Positions 17,420 through 26,358 are shown, counted from the stretch's first letter. The stretch: 29,758 nucleotides of DNA from an uncultured Planctomycetales bacterium (GCA_964391465.1 CAYMME010000030.1:1-29758); one strand, 5' to 3'. Notes: generated by a model from the letters alone, not told the origin. Program-made: numbers and translations.

Positions 17420-17477
17420 CCCCGGCGTACGCAGTGATTCTGTCCCTGAGCCGCCGGATTCATCCGGCGCGGAGCGT

Positions 17478-17495
17478 CCGCGCGACATGAATGTC
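17478..17495. terminator. Palindrome cgcgacatgaatgtcgcg between convergent genes
   Basis: A perfect 7-8 bp stem, visible in the 108-bp gap between the cNMP-FHA gene (+) and mnmE (-). Confidence 0.3.
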
Positions 17496-17527
17496 GCGGC
17501 TCGGGCATGCGTGCCACAGTCCGCTGC

Positions 17528-18940
17528 TTACTTACCGATACAGAACCGCGAGAAGACGCGGCCGAGCAAATCCTCCGTGGTCACCGCACCCGCGATCCGG
17601 CCGAGGCTTGCACAGGCCTCGCGCAGCTCCAGCGCCAGTAGCTCGGCACAGTCGGCCGTCTCGCCGGCGGACGCGGCCAGGGCTTCGGCCCGACCCAGGC
17701 CGGCCGCAGTCTCGTCCAGAGCCTGTCGGTGCCGGGCGGTCAGTGCCAGTTCCTCGGCACCGACAATGTTCGCCGCCACGCTCAGCCGCGCGTCCATCCC
17801 CACCGTCAGCACATCGCACCCGGCCCCGGTGAGCGCACTGACCGGCACAACGTCGAACCCGGTCGCCTCCTGCAACGCGGCACATCGGGAGGCGACCGCA
17901 TCGGCGGTCAGTAGGTCCGCCTTGTTCGCGGCCACCAGCGCTCGGTCTTGTGACACACCCTTCCAGGCCGTGGGGACCGCACGGCAAGAAGGTTCTGCCG
18001 ACGCGTCGAGCACGACGCAAACCAGATCTGCACTTGTGATCTCTTGTTGGAGGAGGTGCCGGGCCCGGCCGGCGATCTCGTCGTCCGCCGCGTCGCACCC
18101 TGCGCCATCCACGAGAATCGCCTCATGGCGCTCAAGCTGCAGGGGCGCGGTGAGCACGTCCCGCGTCGTGCCGGGCAGGGGCGAACAAATCGCCCGGTCG
18201 AGTCCGGTGAGGCGGTTCATGAGCGTGCTCTTGCCCGCATTCGGCGGGCCGGTCAGCACGATGCGCGGGAGCGTCTCGAGCGTCTCGGCTTCCGCCGACC
18301 GGGTCTGAAGATCAGAGAGTGAGGTCATGATCTCCTGGATAGTCGCCCGCACTTGGGCCGGTGAAATGAAATCGACGGGCTCGTCCGCGAAGTCGATGTC
18401 GGCCTCGACCAACGCGAGCAGATCGGCGATCCGATCCAGCAGCGCGGCGGTGCGTGCCGATAGCGCCCCGCGGGCCAGCCGACCGGCCGCCCGAAGCTGC
18501 CCGTCACTCGTTGCGGAAATCACGGCCGCGATGCCCTCGGCCTCGGCCAGGTCGATCGCCCCGGCCAGGAAGGCACGCATGGCAAACTCACCGGGCTCGG
18601 CCTGACGGGCCCCAAGGGCCAGCGACTGATCGAGCACGAGCGACAGCACGGCCGCCCCGCCCGGCGTGTGCAGCTCGACCATGTCCTGCCGCGTGAAGCT
18701 CCGCGGTGCTCGAAACAGGTACGCCTCGGCCGGCACGCGTGCGCCGTCCGCGGTCAGCGACACCATCCCCGGCCACCGTGTGTAGCCGCGGCGCCCGCCG
18801 AGGGGCGCCCCGTCGGACGCGCAAAACAGCGCATCCGCAATCCGCACCGCGTCCAGACCCGAGAGGCGCACGATCCCCCGCGGGGCCGGTCCGACCGGCG
18901 AGGATACCGCGGCAATCGTGTCACCCGTTTGGATGGCCAT
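17528..18940 (-). CDS. mnmE: tRNA uridine-5-carboxymethylaminomethyl modification GTPase MnmE (TrmE)
   Basis: The internal ATG (MAIQTGDTIAAVSSPVGPAPRGIVRLSG) of track ORF 17528..19294 is the start. G-domain motifs are GPPNAGKSTLMN, TTRD and DGAG/NKADL. It ends with the diagnostic C-terminal CIGK. Confidence 0.9.
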   Translation of the reverse strand: MAIQTGDTIAAVSSPVGPAPRGIVRLSGLDAVRIADALFCASDGAPLGGRRGYTRWPGMVSLTADGARVPAEAYLFRAPRSFTRQDMVELHTPGGAAVLSLVLDQSLALGARQAEPGEFAMRAFLAGAIDLAEAEGIAAVISATSDGQLRAAGRLARGALSARTAALLDRIADLLALVEADIDFADEPVDFISPAQVRATIQEIMTSLSDLQTRSAEAETLETLPRIVLTGPPNAGKSTLMNRLTGLDRAICSPLPGTTRDVLTAPLQLERHEAILVDGAGCDAADDEIAGRARHLLQQEITSADLVCVVLDASAEPSCRAVPTAWKGVSQDRALVAANKADLLTADAVASRCAALQEATGFDVVPVSALTGAGCDVLTVGMDARLSVAANIVGAEELALTARHRQALDETAAGLGRAEALAASAGETADCAELLALELREACASLGRIAGAVTTEDLLGRVFSRFCIGK

Positions 18941-18996
18941 ACACACCAATCGTAAGCACGGAACAACCGACACACCATACGCAGACGGAATCCGCT

Positions 18997-19108
18997 GGGT
19001 GCCCCATCCTTCGCGGCCGTATGCGAAGGGTGGGGGACTGACACAGCCCATCTCCCGCTCAGTCCCCCACCCTGGTCTCGCCTTCAGCGAGCCGAGGATG
19101 GGGCACCC
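18997..19108. promoter_or_regulatory. Nested imperfect palindrome in the divergent mnmE / isomerase intergenic region
   Basis: Outer arms are gggtgccccatcct / aggatggggcaccc. Inner arms are gggtgggggactga / tcagtcccccaccc, around a 17-nt loop. Read directly from the sequence. The element lies about 57 nt from the mnmE start and about 110 nt from the isomerase start. Confidence 0.3.
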
Positions 19109-19217
19109 GCACTCGGACACGGCGTCGTGTGGAATCTTCGCGTCGAAACGTGTAGATGTGACGTGCAGGAATCGCGAGGGCGTTCCGCTCCAGTTGCCAG
19201 AACCGAGGGCGAGAAGA

Positions 19218-20168
19218 ATGACGGACCAGCTCACTCGACGTGAAGCGCTACGTACGGTCGGTGGCGGACTTGGTGCCGCGGCCGCGCTAAGCACGGCGGC
19301 CGCACCGGCTGCTCAGGCAGCACCGGCCCGCCCCAAGCCGTGGAAGATCTGCCTGAACACGTCGACGATTCACGCGGACGGCGACGACGCCGTCGTCACC
19401 AAGATCAACGCGGCGGCCAAGGCCGGCTACGACGCGGTCGAGCCGTGGGTGCGCGACATCGAGAAGTACGCCAAGAGCGGCGGCTCACTCGACGACCTCC
19501 GCAAGCGCATCGCCGATGCCGGGATGACGGTGCCGTCGGCGGTCGCGTTCTTCCGCTGGCTCTTCTCGACCGGAGACGAGTGGACCAAGGCGTTGGAGCA
19601 GATCAAACAGAGCATGGAACTGGTCAAGGCCATCGGCGGCACCGGAATCGTAGCACCACCGGCCGGACCCGAGCAGCCGCTGAACATCCCCGACGGCGGC
19701 CGACGCTATCGTGAGCTGATCGAGATCGGCGAGCCGATGGGCGTGATGCCCTACGTCGAGCTCTGGGGCTTCCGCAAGAGCACGAACCGGCTCGGCGAGA
19801 TCTCCGCCATCGCGATCGAAGCGCACCATCGCAACGCCGGCATCGTGCCCGACGTGTATCACTTGTACAAAGGCGGCTCGGGCTTCGACACGATCCGGCA
19901 CCTGAGCGGAACGTTCATCCGCACGTTCCACTTCAACGACGTGCCCCCCGACATGCCGCCCGAGAAGATGAGCGACAAGCACCGCATCTGGCCCGGCGAC
20001 GGCGTCGCGCCGCTGTCGCAGATCCTCAAGGACCTGCGAGCCATCAACTACACCGGGCCGCTATCGGTCGAGCTGTTCAACCGCGACTACTGGAAGCTCG
20101 ACCCGCTCACCGCCGCCAGGACCGGCCTGGAGAAGATGCGCAAGGTCATCGCCGAAAGCGGTACGTAG
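19218..20168 (+). CDS. Tat-secreted sugar phosphate isomerase/epimerase (xylose-isomerase-like TIM barrel, AP-endonuclease-2 superfamily)
   Basis: Internal ATG of track ORF 18918..20168 with GAGGG 8 nt upstream. The twin-arginine signal is MTDQLTRREALRTVGGGLGAAAALSTAAAPAAQA. The body is typical of the family (KICLNTSTI...GYDAVEPW...VELWGF...FHFNDVP). Confidence 0.85.
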   Translation: MTDQLTRREALRTVGGGLGAAAALSTAAAPAAQAAPARPKPWKICLNTSTIHADGDDAVVTKINAAAKAGYDAVEPWVRDIEKYAKSGGSLDDLRKRIADAGMTVPSAVAFFRWLFSTGDEWTKALEQIKQSMELVKAIGGTGIVAPPAGPEQPLNIPDGGRRYRELIEIGEPMGVMPYVELWGFRKSTNRLGEISAIAIEAHHRNAGIVPDVYHLYKGGSGFDTIRHLSGTFIRTFHFNDVPPDMPPEKMSDKHRIWPGDGVAPLSQILKDLRAINYTGPLSVELFNRDYWKLDPLTAARTGLEKMRKVIAESGT

Positions 20169-20322
20169 CATAACCGAGGCACACTGCGCCACCGAGACGC
20201 GCCCGTCAGGAAGCGTGGCGCGGAAGCAGTGGGCTCGTGCGCGGCTCTTTCGTCGCACCGGGCAGCGCGGGATTATCTCCGTCCGCGACACGGAACGGGA
20301 CGCCACAACCGAGCAAAGGAAA

Positions 20323-20354
20323 CGCCCGTGCGAGATAGATATCTCGCACGGGCG
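20323..20354. terminator. Strong bidirectional terminator-like palindrome cgcccgtgcgagata-ga-tatctcgcacgggcg
   Basis: A perfect 14-15-bp inverted repeat is visible between the convergent isomerase (+) and flotillin (-) genes. Confidence 0.55.
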
Positions 20355-20393
20355 TCACGCTCCCTTACGGTCGCGTCTCGGTGGCGCCTTCGT

Positions 20394-22361
20394 TTACGCC
20401 TTCTTCGAGTCGGTCTCCTGGCCCTTTGTCGGCGGCTTGGCGGCTACCGCTTCGGACTTACCGTCGCCCCCTTCGAGCTCGGCGGCGATTGCGTCCTTGA
20501 CCATCTGCTCGACGGTCGACGGATCGACATCCTTGCCAGTGAGCTTTTGCACGGCGGCGGCTAGAGCGTTGCCGCTGCCGCTGATGACGCGCGTGGCGAG
20601 TTGTTCGACATCGGCCGGCAGCGTCGAGCGGATGCCGTCGACCGCCTGGCCCCAACTCGCCGCGTTCATGAACCGCCCGGCCATGTTCGACAGCGTGGTC
20701 GGATCGCCGAAGATCTGCATGTTCGCCTTGCTGAGCATGTCGCCGATGGCCTGGGCGAACGCCTTCCGCACGTCGGCGTCGGCCTGGATGTCGAGCTTCT
20801 GCACCTCGAACTTCAGGGCCGCCTCGCTGAACTCCTGCTTGTTCTGCAACTCCTGCCGTTCGACATCGACGCGGGCCTGCTCGACGTTCACCCGCTCGCG
20901 GTCGACGGTGACGGGCACCATCTTCTCCGCCTGGTCGCCGGTGGCGCGCTTCTTGGCGGCCTCGGCCTCGGCCTCGGCGAGGATGAGCTTGGCCTCCTTC
21001 TGCTTCTCGGCCGCCTCCAATTCGCCCGTCGCGATCTTGGCCACCTCGTACGCCTGCACGTCGGCCTCGGTCTGCTCGCGGTACTTCTTGATGTCCACCT
21101 GCTGTTTCTCGGTGATCATCTTCTCCTGAGCTTCGCGGTCGGCGGTGGCGGTCACCTTGACCGTCTCGATGCGCTGCGTCTCGCCTTCGCGCTCGGCTTC
21201 GGCGGCCCGGGTCTGGGCCTCGGCCTGCGCCCGCGCCGTCTCCTCGTTGGCCACCGCGATCTCGGCCTGCCGCTTGGCCACCTCGACCGCCTTCTGCTTC
21301 TCGACCTCCGCCTCCCGCACCGCCTGATCCCGCTCGACCGCGGCCGTCTGGACCGCCCGTTCGCGGGTCACGTCGGCCATCTCGACCGTCTGGTTCTTGG
21401 TGATATCCGCCTTACGGACCGTCTCGTCCTTGGACACCGCGGCCAACTCGACCTGCTGCCGCTGGTCGATCTCGTACCGCTCGCGCTCCCGGAGCTTGGC
21501 CGCCTGGATGTTGGCCACTTCGGTAGCCTGGGCGGCCTCCGCCTCGGCCTGGTCACGCTCCAGATCGAGGACCTCCTTGCGGGTCATTACATCCTTGTCC
21601 TTGATCTCACGCTGGGCGTCGCGGTCGATCCGGTTCCGCTGGATGTTCTGGGCCTGTGTGATCTCGGTGATCTTGCGCAGCCCCTGGGCGTCGAACACGT
21701 TGTTCGGGTTCAGGTTCTCGCCCGGCGTCTGGTCGAGCATCGAGATGGTCACCGTCTCGAGGTTGAGCCCGTTCTTGCGCAGGTCGGCAGCCAGGTTCTC
21801 CTGGACGGCCTGGGCAAACTCATCGCGCTTGAGCTGAAGCTCCATCAAGTCCTTGGTGGCCGCCACGCTCCGCAGCGCCGACACGAGCTTCTCGAATACC
21901 AGCTTCGACACCGCACCGGCCGAGACGCTCCGCTCACCGAGCGACCGGGCCGCCTGAAGAATCTCGTTTCGCTCCGGCTCGACCCGGATGTAGAACTCCG
22001 ACGAGATGTCGACGCGCAGGTTGTCCCGGGTGATCAGGGCGTCCGGCCCGAGACGCTTGACGTCCAAGCGCATCGTCTCCAGGCTCACCTCGACCAGCTC
22101 GTGCAGGAACGGAATCACGAGCGACCCACCGTCCAGGATCACTCGCGCCCCACGCCCGCCCGTCCGGACGAACGCCTGGTTGGCAGACGTCTTGCGCCAC
22201 AGCCGGGTGAAGACCCCCAGAAGCGTACCGAAAGCTGCCAGCACCAAGCCGATTGCGAGCATGCCTGTCATGGTCGACGCGCCAATCACCTCGGTTGCGT
22301 TGAGGTAGATGCCACCGATGATGCAGGCCAGACCGACGAGGATCATCCAGATGATGGCCAT
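20394..22361 (-). CDS. Flotillin-like SPFH/band-7 domain membrane protein (FloT/YqiK-like) with a long Ala/Glu/Gln/Arg-rich coiled-coil C-terminal region
   Basis: The internal ATG (MAIIWMILVGLACIIGG...) has a perfect AAGGAGG 7 nt upstream. There is an N-terminal TM hairpin and SPFH core (GGRGARVILDGGSLVIPFLHELVEVSLETMRLDV). An extended EA-rich coiled coil follows (QAEAEAAQATE..., AEAEAEAAKK). Confidence 0.85.
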   Translation of the reverse strand: MAIIWMILVGLACIIGGIYLNATEVIGASTMTGMLAIGLVLAAFGTLLGVFTRLWRKTSANQAFVRTGGRGARVILDGGSLVIPFLHELVEVSLETMRLDVKRLGPDALITRDNLRVDISSEFYIRVEPERNEILQAARSLGERSVSAGAVSKLVFEKLVSALRSVAATKDLMELQLKRDEFAQAVQENLAADLRKNGLNLETVTISMLDQTPGENLNPNNVFDAQGLRKITEITQAQNIQRNRIDRDAQREIKDKDVMTRKEVLDLERDQAEAEAAQATEVANIQAAKLRERERYEIDQRQQVELAAVSKDETVRKADITKNQTVEMADVTRERAVQTAAVERDQAVREAEVEKQKAVEVAKRQAEIAVANEETARAQAEAQTRAAEAEREGETQRIETVKVTATADREAQEKMITEKQQVDIKKYREQTEADVQAYEVAKIATGELEAAEKQKEAKLILAEAEAEAAKKRATGDQAEKMVPVTVDRERVNVEQARVDVERQELQNKQEFSEAALKFEVQKLDIQADADVRKAFAQAIGDMLSKANMQIFGDPTTLSNMAGRFMNAASWGQAVDGIRSTLPADVEQLATRVISGSGNALAAAVQKLTGKDVDPSTVEQMVKDAIAAELEGGDGKSEAVAAKPPTKGQETDSKKA

Positions 22362-22458
22362 ACTACTGCCTCCTTTTTTAGATCGCATGTGTTCGTAGGA
22401 AGTATCGACGACCCCCGGATCGCCGGGTGCATTCGCGTACACTTCGATCGGGGGCGGC

Positions 22459-23208
22459 TCAGGTCTTCGAGGACGAGCGACTCTGCGCGACATAGTAGAA
22501 GTCCTCCTTGGAAACATACGCGAGTAGAATCACCTTCGCCCCCTTCGGCACCGGCGGTCGTCCGGATCGCACACGGCAATCCACGTTGTGCAGCGTGCCG
22601 TAGCGATCGTAGACCTGCGCCTCGCCCACGCGTTCGTTGACCGGCAGCGAGACCTCACCCTTGGTACCCACGAGCTTCTTCGGCCGCACCACCGACGTCG
22701 CCAGCGTGGGCATGTAGCGGTACATCAAACCGCTGCCGAACCGCAGCGAACTCAAGCCCACGAGCAGTGCAATGCCCAGGCTCACCGGGTAGTACGCGCT
22801 CGCGTGTTCCGCGTTTTCGATGAGTGCCTGGTTGGCGACGTACCCGCTCAGCCCGAACGAGTAGCCGAAGATCACGATGAGTACGGTCAGCGGAGCCCTG
22901 CCCAAACCGAAGAAGGCAAGCAGACCCATGACGAGCCCGGCCTCGACGTGCGCGACGTGGGCCTCCGCGTCCACGTCTGCGTCGACATCGGCATCGATTC
23001 CCATGTCCACGTCGGCATCGACGTCGAGATCTGCATCGACCCCGACATCGACGTCCGCGTCGACATCCACGTCTGCGTCGACGTCCGCATCGGCGTCCAC
23101 GTCGTGACTGCCGCCGATGGCGATCATGGTCAGAAACGTGAACAGGAAGGCCACCGCCACTGCGGCCAGGAAGATGATGTTGTACCACACTAACAGATCA
23201 GCCAGCAT
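22459..23208 (-). CDS. NfeD-like membrane protein (flotillin partner; short NfeD/YuaF/YqiJ type) with an internal (D-V/D-A)n acidic repeat
   Basis: ATG with GGAGGAGG upstream. It is encoded immediately upstream of the flotillin gene, giving the classic nfeD-floT operon. TM helices are present, and the C-terminal OB-fold-like segment is GTKGEVSLPVNERVGEAQVYDRYGTLHNVDCRV. Confidence 0.8.
   Translation of the reverse strand: MLADLLVWYNIIFLAAVAVAFLFTFLTMIAIGGSHDVDADADVDADVDVDADVDVGVDADLDVDADVDMGIDADVDADVDAEAHVAHVEAGLVMGLLAFFGLGRAPLTVLIVIFGYSFGLSGYVANQALIENAEHASAYYPVSLGIALLVGLSSLRFGSGLMYRYMPTLATSVVRPKKLVGTKGEVSLPVNERVGEAQVYDRYGTLHNVDCRVRSGRPPVPKGAKVILLAYVSKEDFYYVAQSRSSSKT
22950..23105. repeat. 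6-bp-periodic coding microsatellite (GAC-GTN / GAC-GCN)n encoding about 50 aa of DVDADADVDADVDVDADVDVGVDADLDVDADVDMGIDADVDADVDAE inside nfeD
   Basis: The periodicity is visible directly in the DNA. All three frames on both strands give low-complexity artefact ORFs (22877..23107+, 22887..23090-, 22655..23188-). Confidence 0.8.
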
Positions 23209-23287
23209 GACCGACCTCCTCCCGCAAGGGTCGCAACGGCGACCACTGCTTCAATGGAAATGTAACCCAAGCCTCAGTGGGCCGCCA

Positions 23288-24082
23288 TTATAGCTCGAAG
23301 TTTTGTTTATAGCGCGTTTTCGTCCCGGAACGGCGGTCAGGACACCGTAGCGGCCTGCGCCCCACAGGCCGCCAGCCGGCGAGGACACCGGCCGCTACAT
23401 GACCGGGCGCCGCAAGGCAAGAACCCGGCATGCGACTCGTGAGGCCGTGCGCGCTTGCAGGCGTCATGCATGGCGACACCCGCTCCGCCGGCGCAGATCG
23501 GGCTTGACCATGCCACCCGATAAAGCCGAAGGCATGCAGTCGCGGCGCGGAATCGGGCGCGACCGCGGGTTGTTGCGGAGGTCGTCCGCTGCTCGTAGCG
23601 GCCTGCGCCCCCGCAGGCCGTCGGCCCGCGAGGCGCCCGCCGCGACAACGCCGAACCCACAGGGAGGCCGAGTGGCAGCCGAAACCCAGTCGGAAGCCGA
23701 AGCCGTGGGGCCGGTGATAGTGCCGCACCACGTGGACGGGCCGGTGATAGACCACGGGCGCATAGGTCCGGGCGTAGTGGGTCCGGTGCACGACCACCGG
23801 TCGTGGAGCGACGTACACCGGCCGGCTCACCACGACCGGGGCAGGAGCAACGTACACCGGCCGACTGACCACCACCGGGGCCGGCACCACGTACACCGGC
23901 CGACTGACCACCACCGGGGCCGGCACCACGTACACCGGCCGGCTGACCACAACCGGGGCGGCGTGGCTCGTGTACCCGTACGACGCGCTGACATACACAC
24001 CGGCCTCGGCCGGCTGCGTAGCGGCGGGGCCGAGGGCGACCAGACCGAACACCACCAACGTGAGAATCGTGCGACGATTCAT
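23288..24082 (-). CDS. Secreted tandem-repeat protein: 4 x 12-aa units VVSRPVYVVPAP followed by a His/Tyr/Val-rich segment; 3' extent uncertain
   Basis: The internal ATG gives MNRRTILTLVVFGLVALGPAATQPAEA, a signal peptide. The repeats are encoded by 36-bp DNA tandem repeats. The last ~140 codons (RR/PA/GR-rich) look like non-coding GC-rich read-through and contain two 40-bp hairpin direct repeats. Confidence 0.45.
   Translation of the reverse strand: MNRRTILTLVVFGLVALGPAATQPAEAGVYVSASYGYTSHAAPVVVSRPVYVVPAPVVVSRPVYVVPAPVVVSRPVYVAPAPVVVSRPVYVAPRPVVVHRTHYARTYAPVVYHRPVHVVRHYHRPHGFGFRLGFGCHSASLWVRRCRGGRLAGRRPAGAQAATSSGRPPQQPAVAPDSAPRLHAFGFIGWHGQARSAPAERVSPCMTPASAHGLTSRMPGSCLAAPGHVAAGVLAGWRPVGRRPLRCPDRRSGTKTRYKQNFEL
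23765..23960. repeat. 36-bp tandem direct repeats (about 4-5 copies) cacgtacaccggccgactgaccaccaccggggccgg
   Basis: Near-identical consecutive copies are visible by eye. They encode the VVSRPVYVVPAP units on the minus strand. Confidence 0.7.
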
Positions 24083-24174
24083 GATGCGTCTCCCTTTGTT
24101 CAGAGACCGACCACCGCGCGGGACGGCCTTCAGAGATGGAGACACCGATCGGAGAGAGAGGTTAGGCGCAGAGT

Positions 24175-24326
24175 AGGGACGGAGGGACGGAGGGACATAG
24201 GGACGCAGGGACGAAGAGACAGGGGGGCGTGGAAGCAGCTCCGCTGGCCCGAGCTCCCGTTGGGAGCGCGCGCCATCAACACCGCTGCCTCCGCGGTTCC
24301 TTGGTCCCTTAGTCCCTGCGTCCCTT
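24175..24326. repeat. Heptamer-periodic inverted-repeat element E3: (gggacgg/a a) units on the left, ccttggtcccttagtccctgcgtcccttcgtccctg on the right
   Basis: The left arm tagggacggagggacggagggacatagggacgcagggacgaagagacagggg has 7 or more GGG tracts at 7-bp spacing. The right arm is its C-rich complement and ends at the aminotransferase stop codon. Confidence 0.75.
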
Positions 24327-24337
24327 CGTCCCTGCTG

Positions 24338-25513
24338 TTACTTCAGTGCCTCTGCCAGCCGATCGATGCCCTTATCGATCTGCTCCATGCTGCTGGCAAA
24401 GCTCAGCCGGACGTTCTCGTCGCTGCCGAACGCGATGCCGGGCACGAGAGCCACGTGGGCCTGGTCGAGCATCTTCGTGGAGAACTCGACCGATCCCTTG
24501 ACCCCGAGCTTCTTGTACGTGGCCGAAACATTGGGAAACGCGTAGAACGCACCCGTCGGCTGCAGGCACCGCACGCCGGGCAGGTCGTTGAGCCGCTTGT
24601 GCATGTGCGCGGCGCGGCGCTTGAACTCGGTCCGCATCTCGCCCACGCATCCCTGGTCGCCGTTGAGGGCGGCCGCGGCCGCGTGCTGGATGAACGTGGC
24701 CGTCCCGGACGTCTCCTGCGACTGAAGCTTGTTGATGCCCTTGATGATCGCCGCCGGACCCGCGATGTAGCCGCACCGCCACCCCGTCGCCGCGAACGTC
24801 TTCGAGATCGCGTTGAACGTGAGCGTCTTCTCGTACATGCCCGGATGCGCGGCCGCGAAGCTGACGAACGGCTCGTCGGTGTAGATGAGCTGGTCGTACA
24901 TCTCGTCGGAGAACACGATGATGTCGCGATCGGCCAGCACGTCGGCCAGGGCCTTCTGCTCGTCGGCCGTGTACGTGAACCCGCCCGGGTTCGATGGGCT
25001 GTTGAACACGAGGATCTTGGTGCGGTCGGTGATCGCCGCGGCCAGCTCGTCGGCGGTCAGCTTGTAGTCGCGATCCTCGGACGGATACACCTCGACCACC
25101 TTGCCGCCGCACAGCTTGATCTGTTCGGGATAGCTCACCCAGTACGGGACGGGCAGGATGACCTCGTCACCGTCGTTGAGCAACGCCTGGAAGGCCAGAT
25201 ACAGCCCGTGCTTGCCGCCGACGGTCACGACGACCTGCTCGGGCGTGTAGGCGAGATGGTTCTCGCGCTTGAACTTGCCGCAGATGGCCTCACGTAGCGG
25301 GTTCACGCCCGCCACTGGGGCCGCGTACCGCGTGTGCCCCGCGTCGAGCGCGTCCTTGCACGCCTGCCGGATGTGGGCCGGCGTGTCGAAGTCCGGCTCG
25401 CCCGCGCCGAAGCTCACCACGTCGACGCCCTCGGCCTTGAGTTGCTTGGCCCGCGCGCTTACCGCCAGCGTCGCCGACTCTGCCAATGCCTGTACTCGCT
25501 TTGATAGCTCCAT
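24338..25513 (-). CDS. Class I/II PLP-dependent aminotransferase (aspartate/aromatic aminotransferase-like)
   Basis: 391-aa ORF with ATG and AAGAAGGA upstream. Family motifs include GEPDF, NPLREAI, YTDE/NSPSNPGG and SKTFAATGWRCGYI, which carries the PLP-lysine region. Confidence 0.9.
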   Translation of the reverse strand: MELSKRVQALAESATLAVSARAKQLKAEGVDVVSFGAGEPDFDTPAHIRQACKDALDAGHTRYAAPVAGVNPLREAICGKFKRENHLAYTPEQVVVTVGGKHGLYLAFQALLNDGDEVILPVPYWVSYPEQIKLCGGKVVEVYPSEDRDYKLTADELAAAITDRTKILVFNSPSNPGGFTYTADEQKALADVLADRDIIVFSDEMYDQLIYTDEPFVSFAAAHPGMYEKTLTFNAISKTFAATGWRCGYIAGPAAIIKGINKLQSQETSGTATFIQHAAAAALNGDQGCVGEMRTEFKRRAAHMHKRLNDLPGVRCLQPTGAFYAFPNVSATYKKLGVKGSVEFSTKMLDQAHVALVPGIAFGSDENVRLSFASSMEQIDKGIDRLAEALK

Positions 25514-25540
25514 TGCATGAATCCTTCTTGTCTGCGCGAC

Positions 25541-26227
25541 TTACTTCTTGACGATGTCCAGAAGCTCAACGTCGAAAATCAACATGGCCTTGACCGGCGG
25601 CCGGGCTCGCGGCCAGTACGCCAACTGGTACGGCACGACCAGCTTGCGCTTGCCGCCGACCTTCATGGTGCCCAACCCTTCGGTCCAGCCCTTGATCACG
25701 TTTCTCAGCGGAAAGGTGGCGGGCTCGCCGCGGTCGATCGAGCTGTCGAACTTCTCTCCGGTCGTCAGCCAACCAGTGTAGTCCACTTTCACCGTGCTCG
25801 TCGGACGAGGGGAATCGCCGTCGCCGACCTTCACATCGTAGTACATCAGCCCCGAGGCGGTTTTCGTCGGTTCTCCCGAGACCTCCCACCCCTTGAAACG
25901 CTGCGTGGGTAGGTCCTCAGTGGAGTCCACCTTGCCGGTCTCCGCGTTGACCTTGACCGCCTTCCGCATGTTGGCCGCGACCACCTCGACCGTGATTTCG
26001 AGCTTGCCCTCAACGACCTGCATGGCTGCGTTCGCCGCCTTGCCTCCGGCGCTCTTCTCGGCCGCCTCGATGGCCTGAGCGAGGCCGACCTTGCTGGCAC
26101 CGACCTTTGCGGCCAGCGCGGCGCGATCAACGGGGATCGTGGTCAGATCCGGCGAACCCAGCACGTGGCCGAATCCACACACGACAAGGACAAGGGCGGC
26201 CGCGCAGGCAGCGGTTCGACGATGCAT
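25541..26227 (-). CDS. FKBP-type peptidyl-prolyl cis-trans isomerase (FkpA/FklB-like, secreted)
   Basis: ATG with AGGAG 8 nt upstream and signal peptide MHRRTAACAAALVLVVCGFG. The C-terminal FKBP domain is VKVDYTGWLTTGEKFDSSIDRGEPATFPLRNVIKGWTEGLGTMKVGGKRKLVVPYQLAY. It sits 27 nt upstream of the aminotransferase, so a likely operon. Confidence 0.85.
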   Translation of the reverse strand: MHRRTAACAAALVLVVCGFGHVLGSPDLTTIPVDRAALAAKVGASKVGLAQAIEAAEKSAGGKAANAAMQVVEGKLEITVEVVAANMRKAVKVNAETGKVDSTEDLPTQRFKGWEVSGEPTKTASGLMYYDVKVGDGDSPRPTSTVKVDYTGWLTTGEKFDSSIDRGEPATFPLRNVIKGWTEGLGTMKVGGKRKLVVPYQLAYWPRARPPVKAMLIFDVELLDIVKK

Positions 26228-26358
26228 TCATGACTCCTAGTTAGCGGATTCCAGGGTCGGTGCCGAGACGCCCACACGCCGGGCACGTGGCGGGCGAAGC
26301 CTAGCACGGGAAGGCGGACGCGACAAGATGGCGTCCGCCGACCCCGTCGTCGGACGCC

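Noticed and set aside
20601-22640. 679-aa plus-strand ORF and the 20215..21129 ORF
   Set aside because: Both are antisense to the flotillin gene, which has a perfect RBS and SPFH motifs. They are leucine/glycine/arginine-rich shadow ORFs.
22877-23107. Ser/Thr/Ala-rich ORFs (STSASTSAS...) on both strands
   Set aside because: They are frame artefacts of the 6-bp-periodic nfeD microsatellite.
23399-25297. 632-aa plus-strand ORF
   Set aside because: It lies antisense to the clearly real aminotransferase and repeat-protein genes. Its Arg/Gly/Pro-rich composition is typical of GC-bias shadow ORFs.
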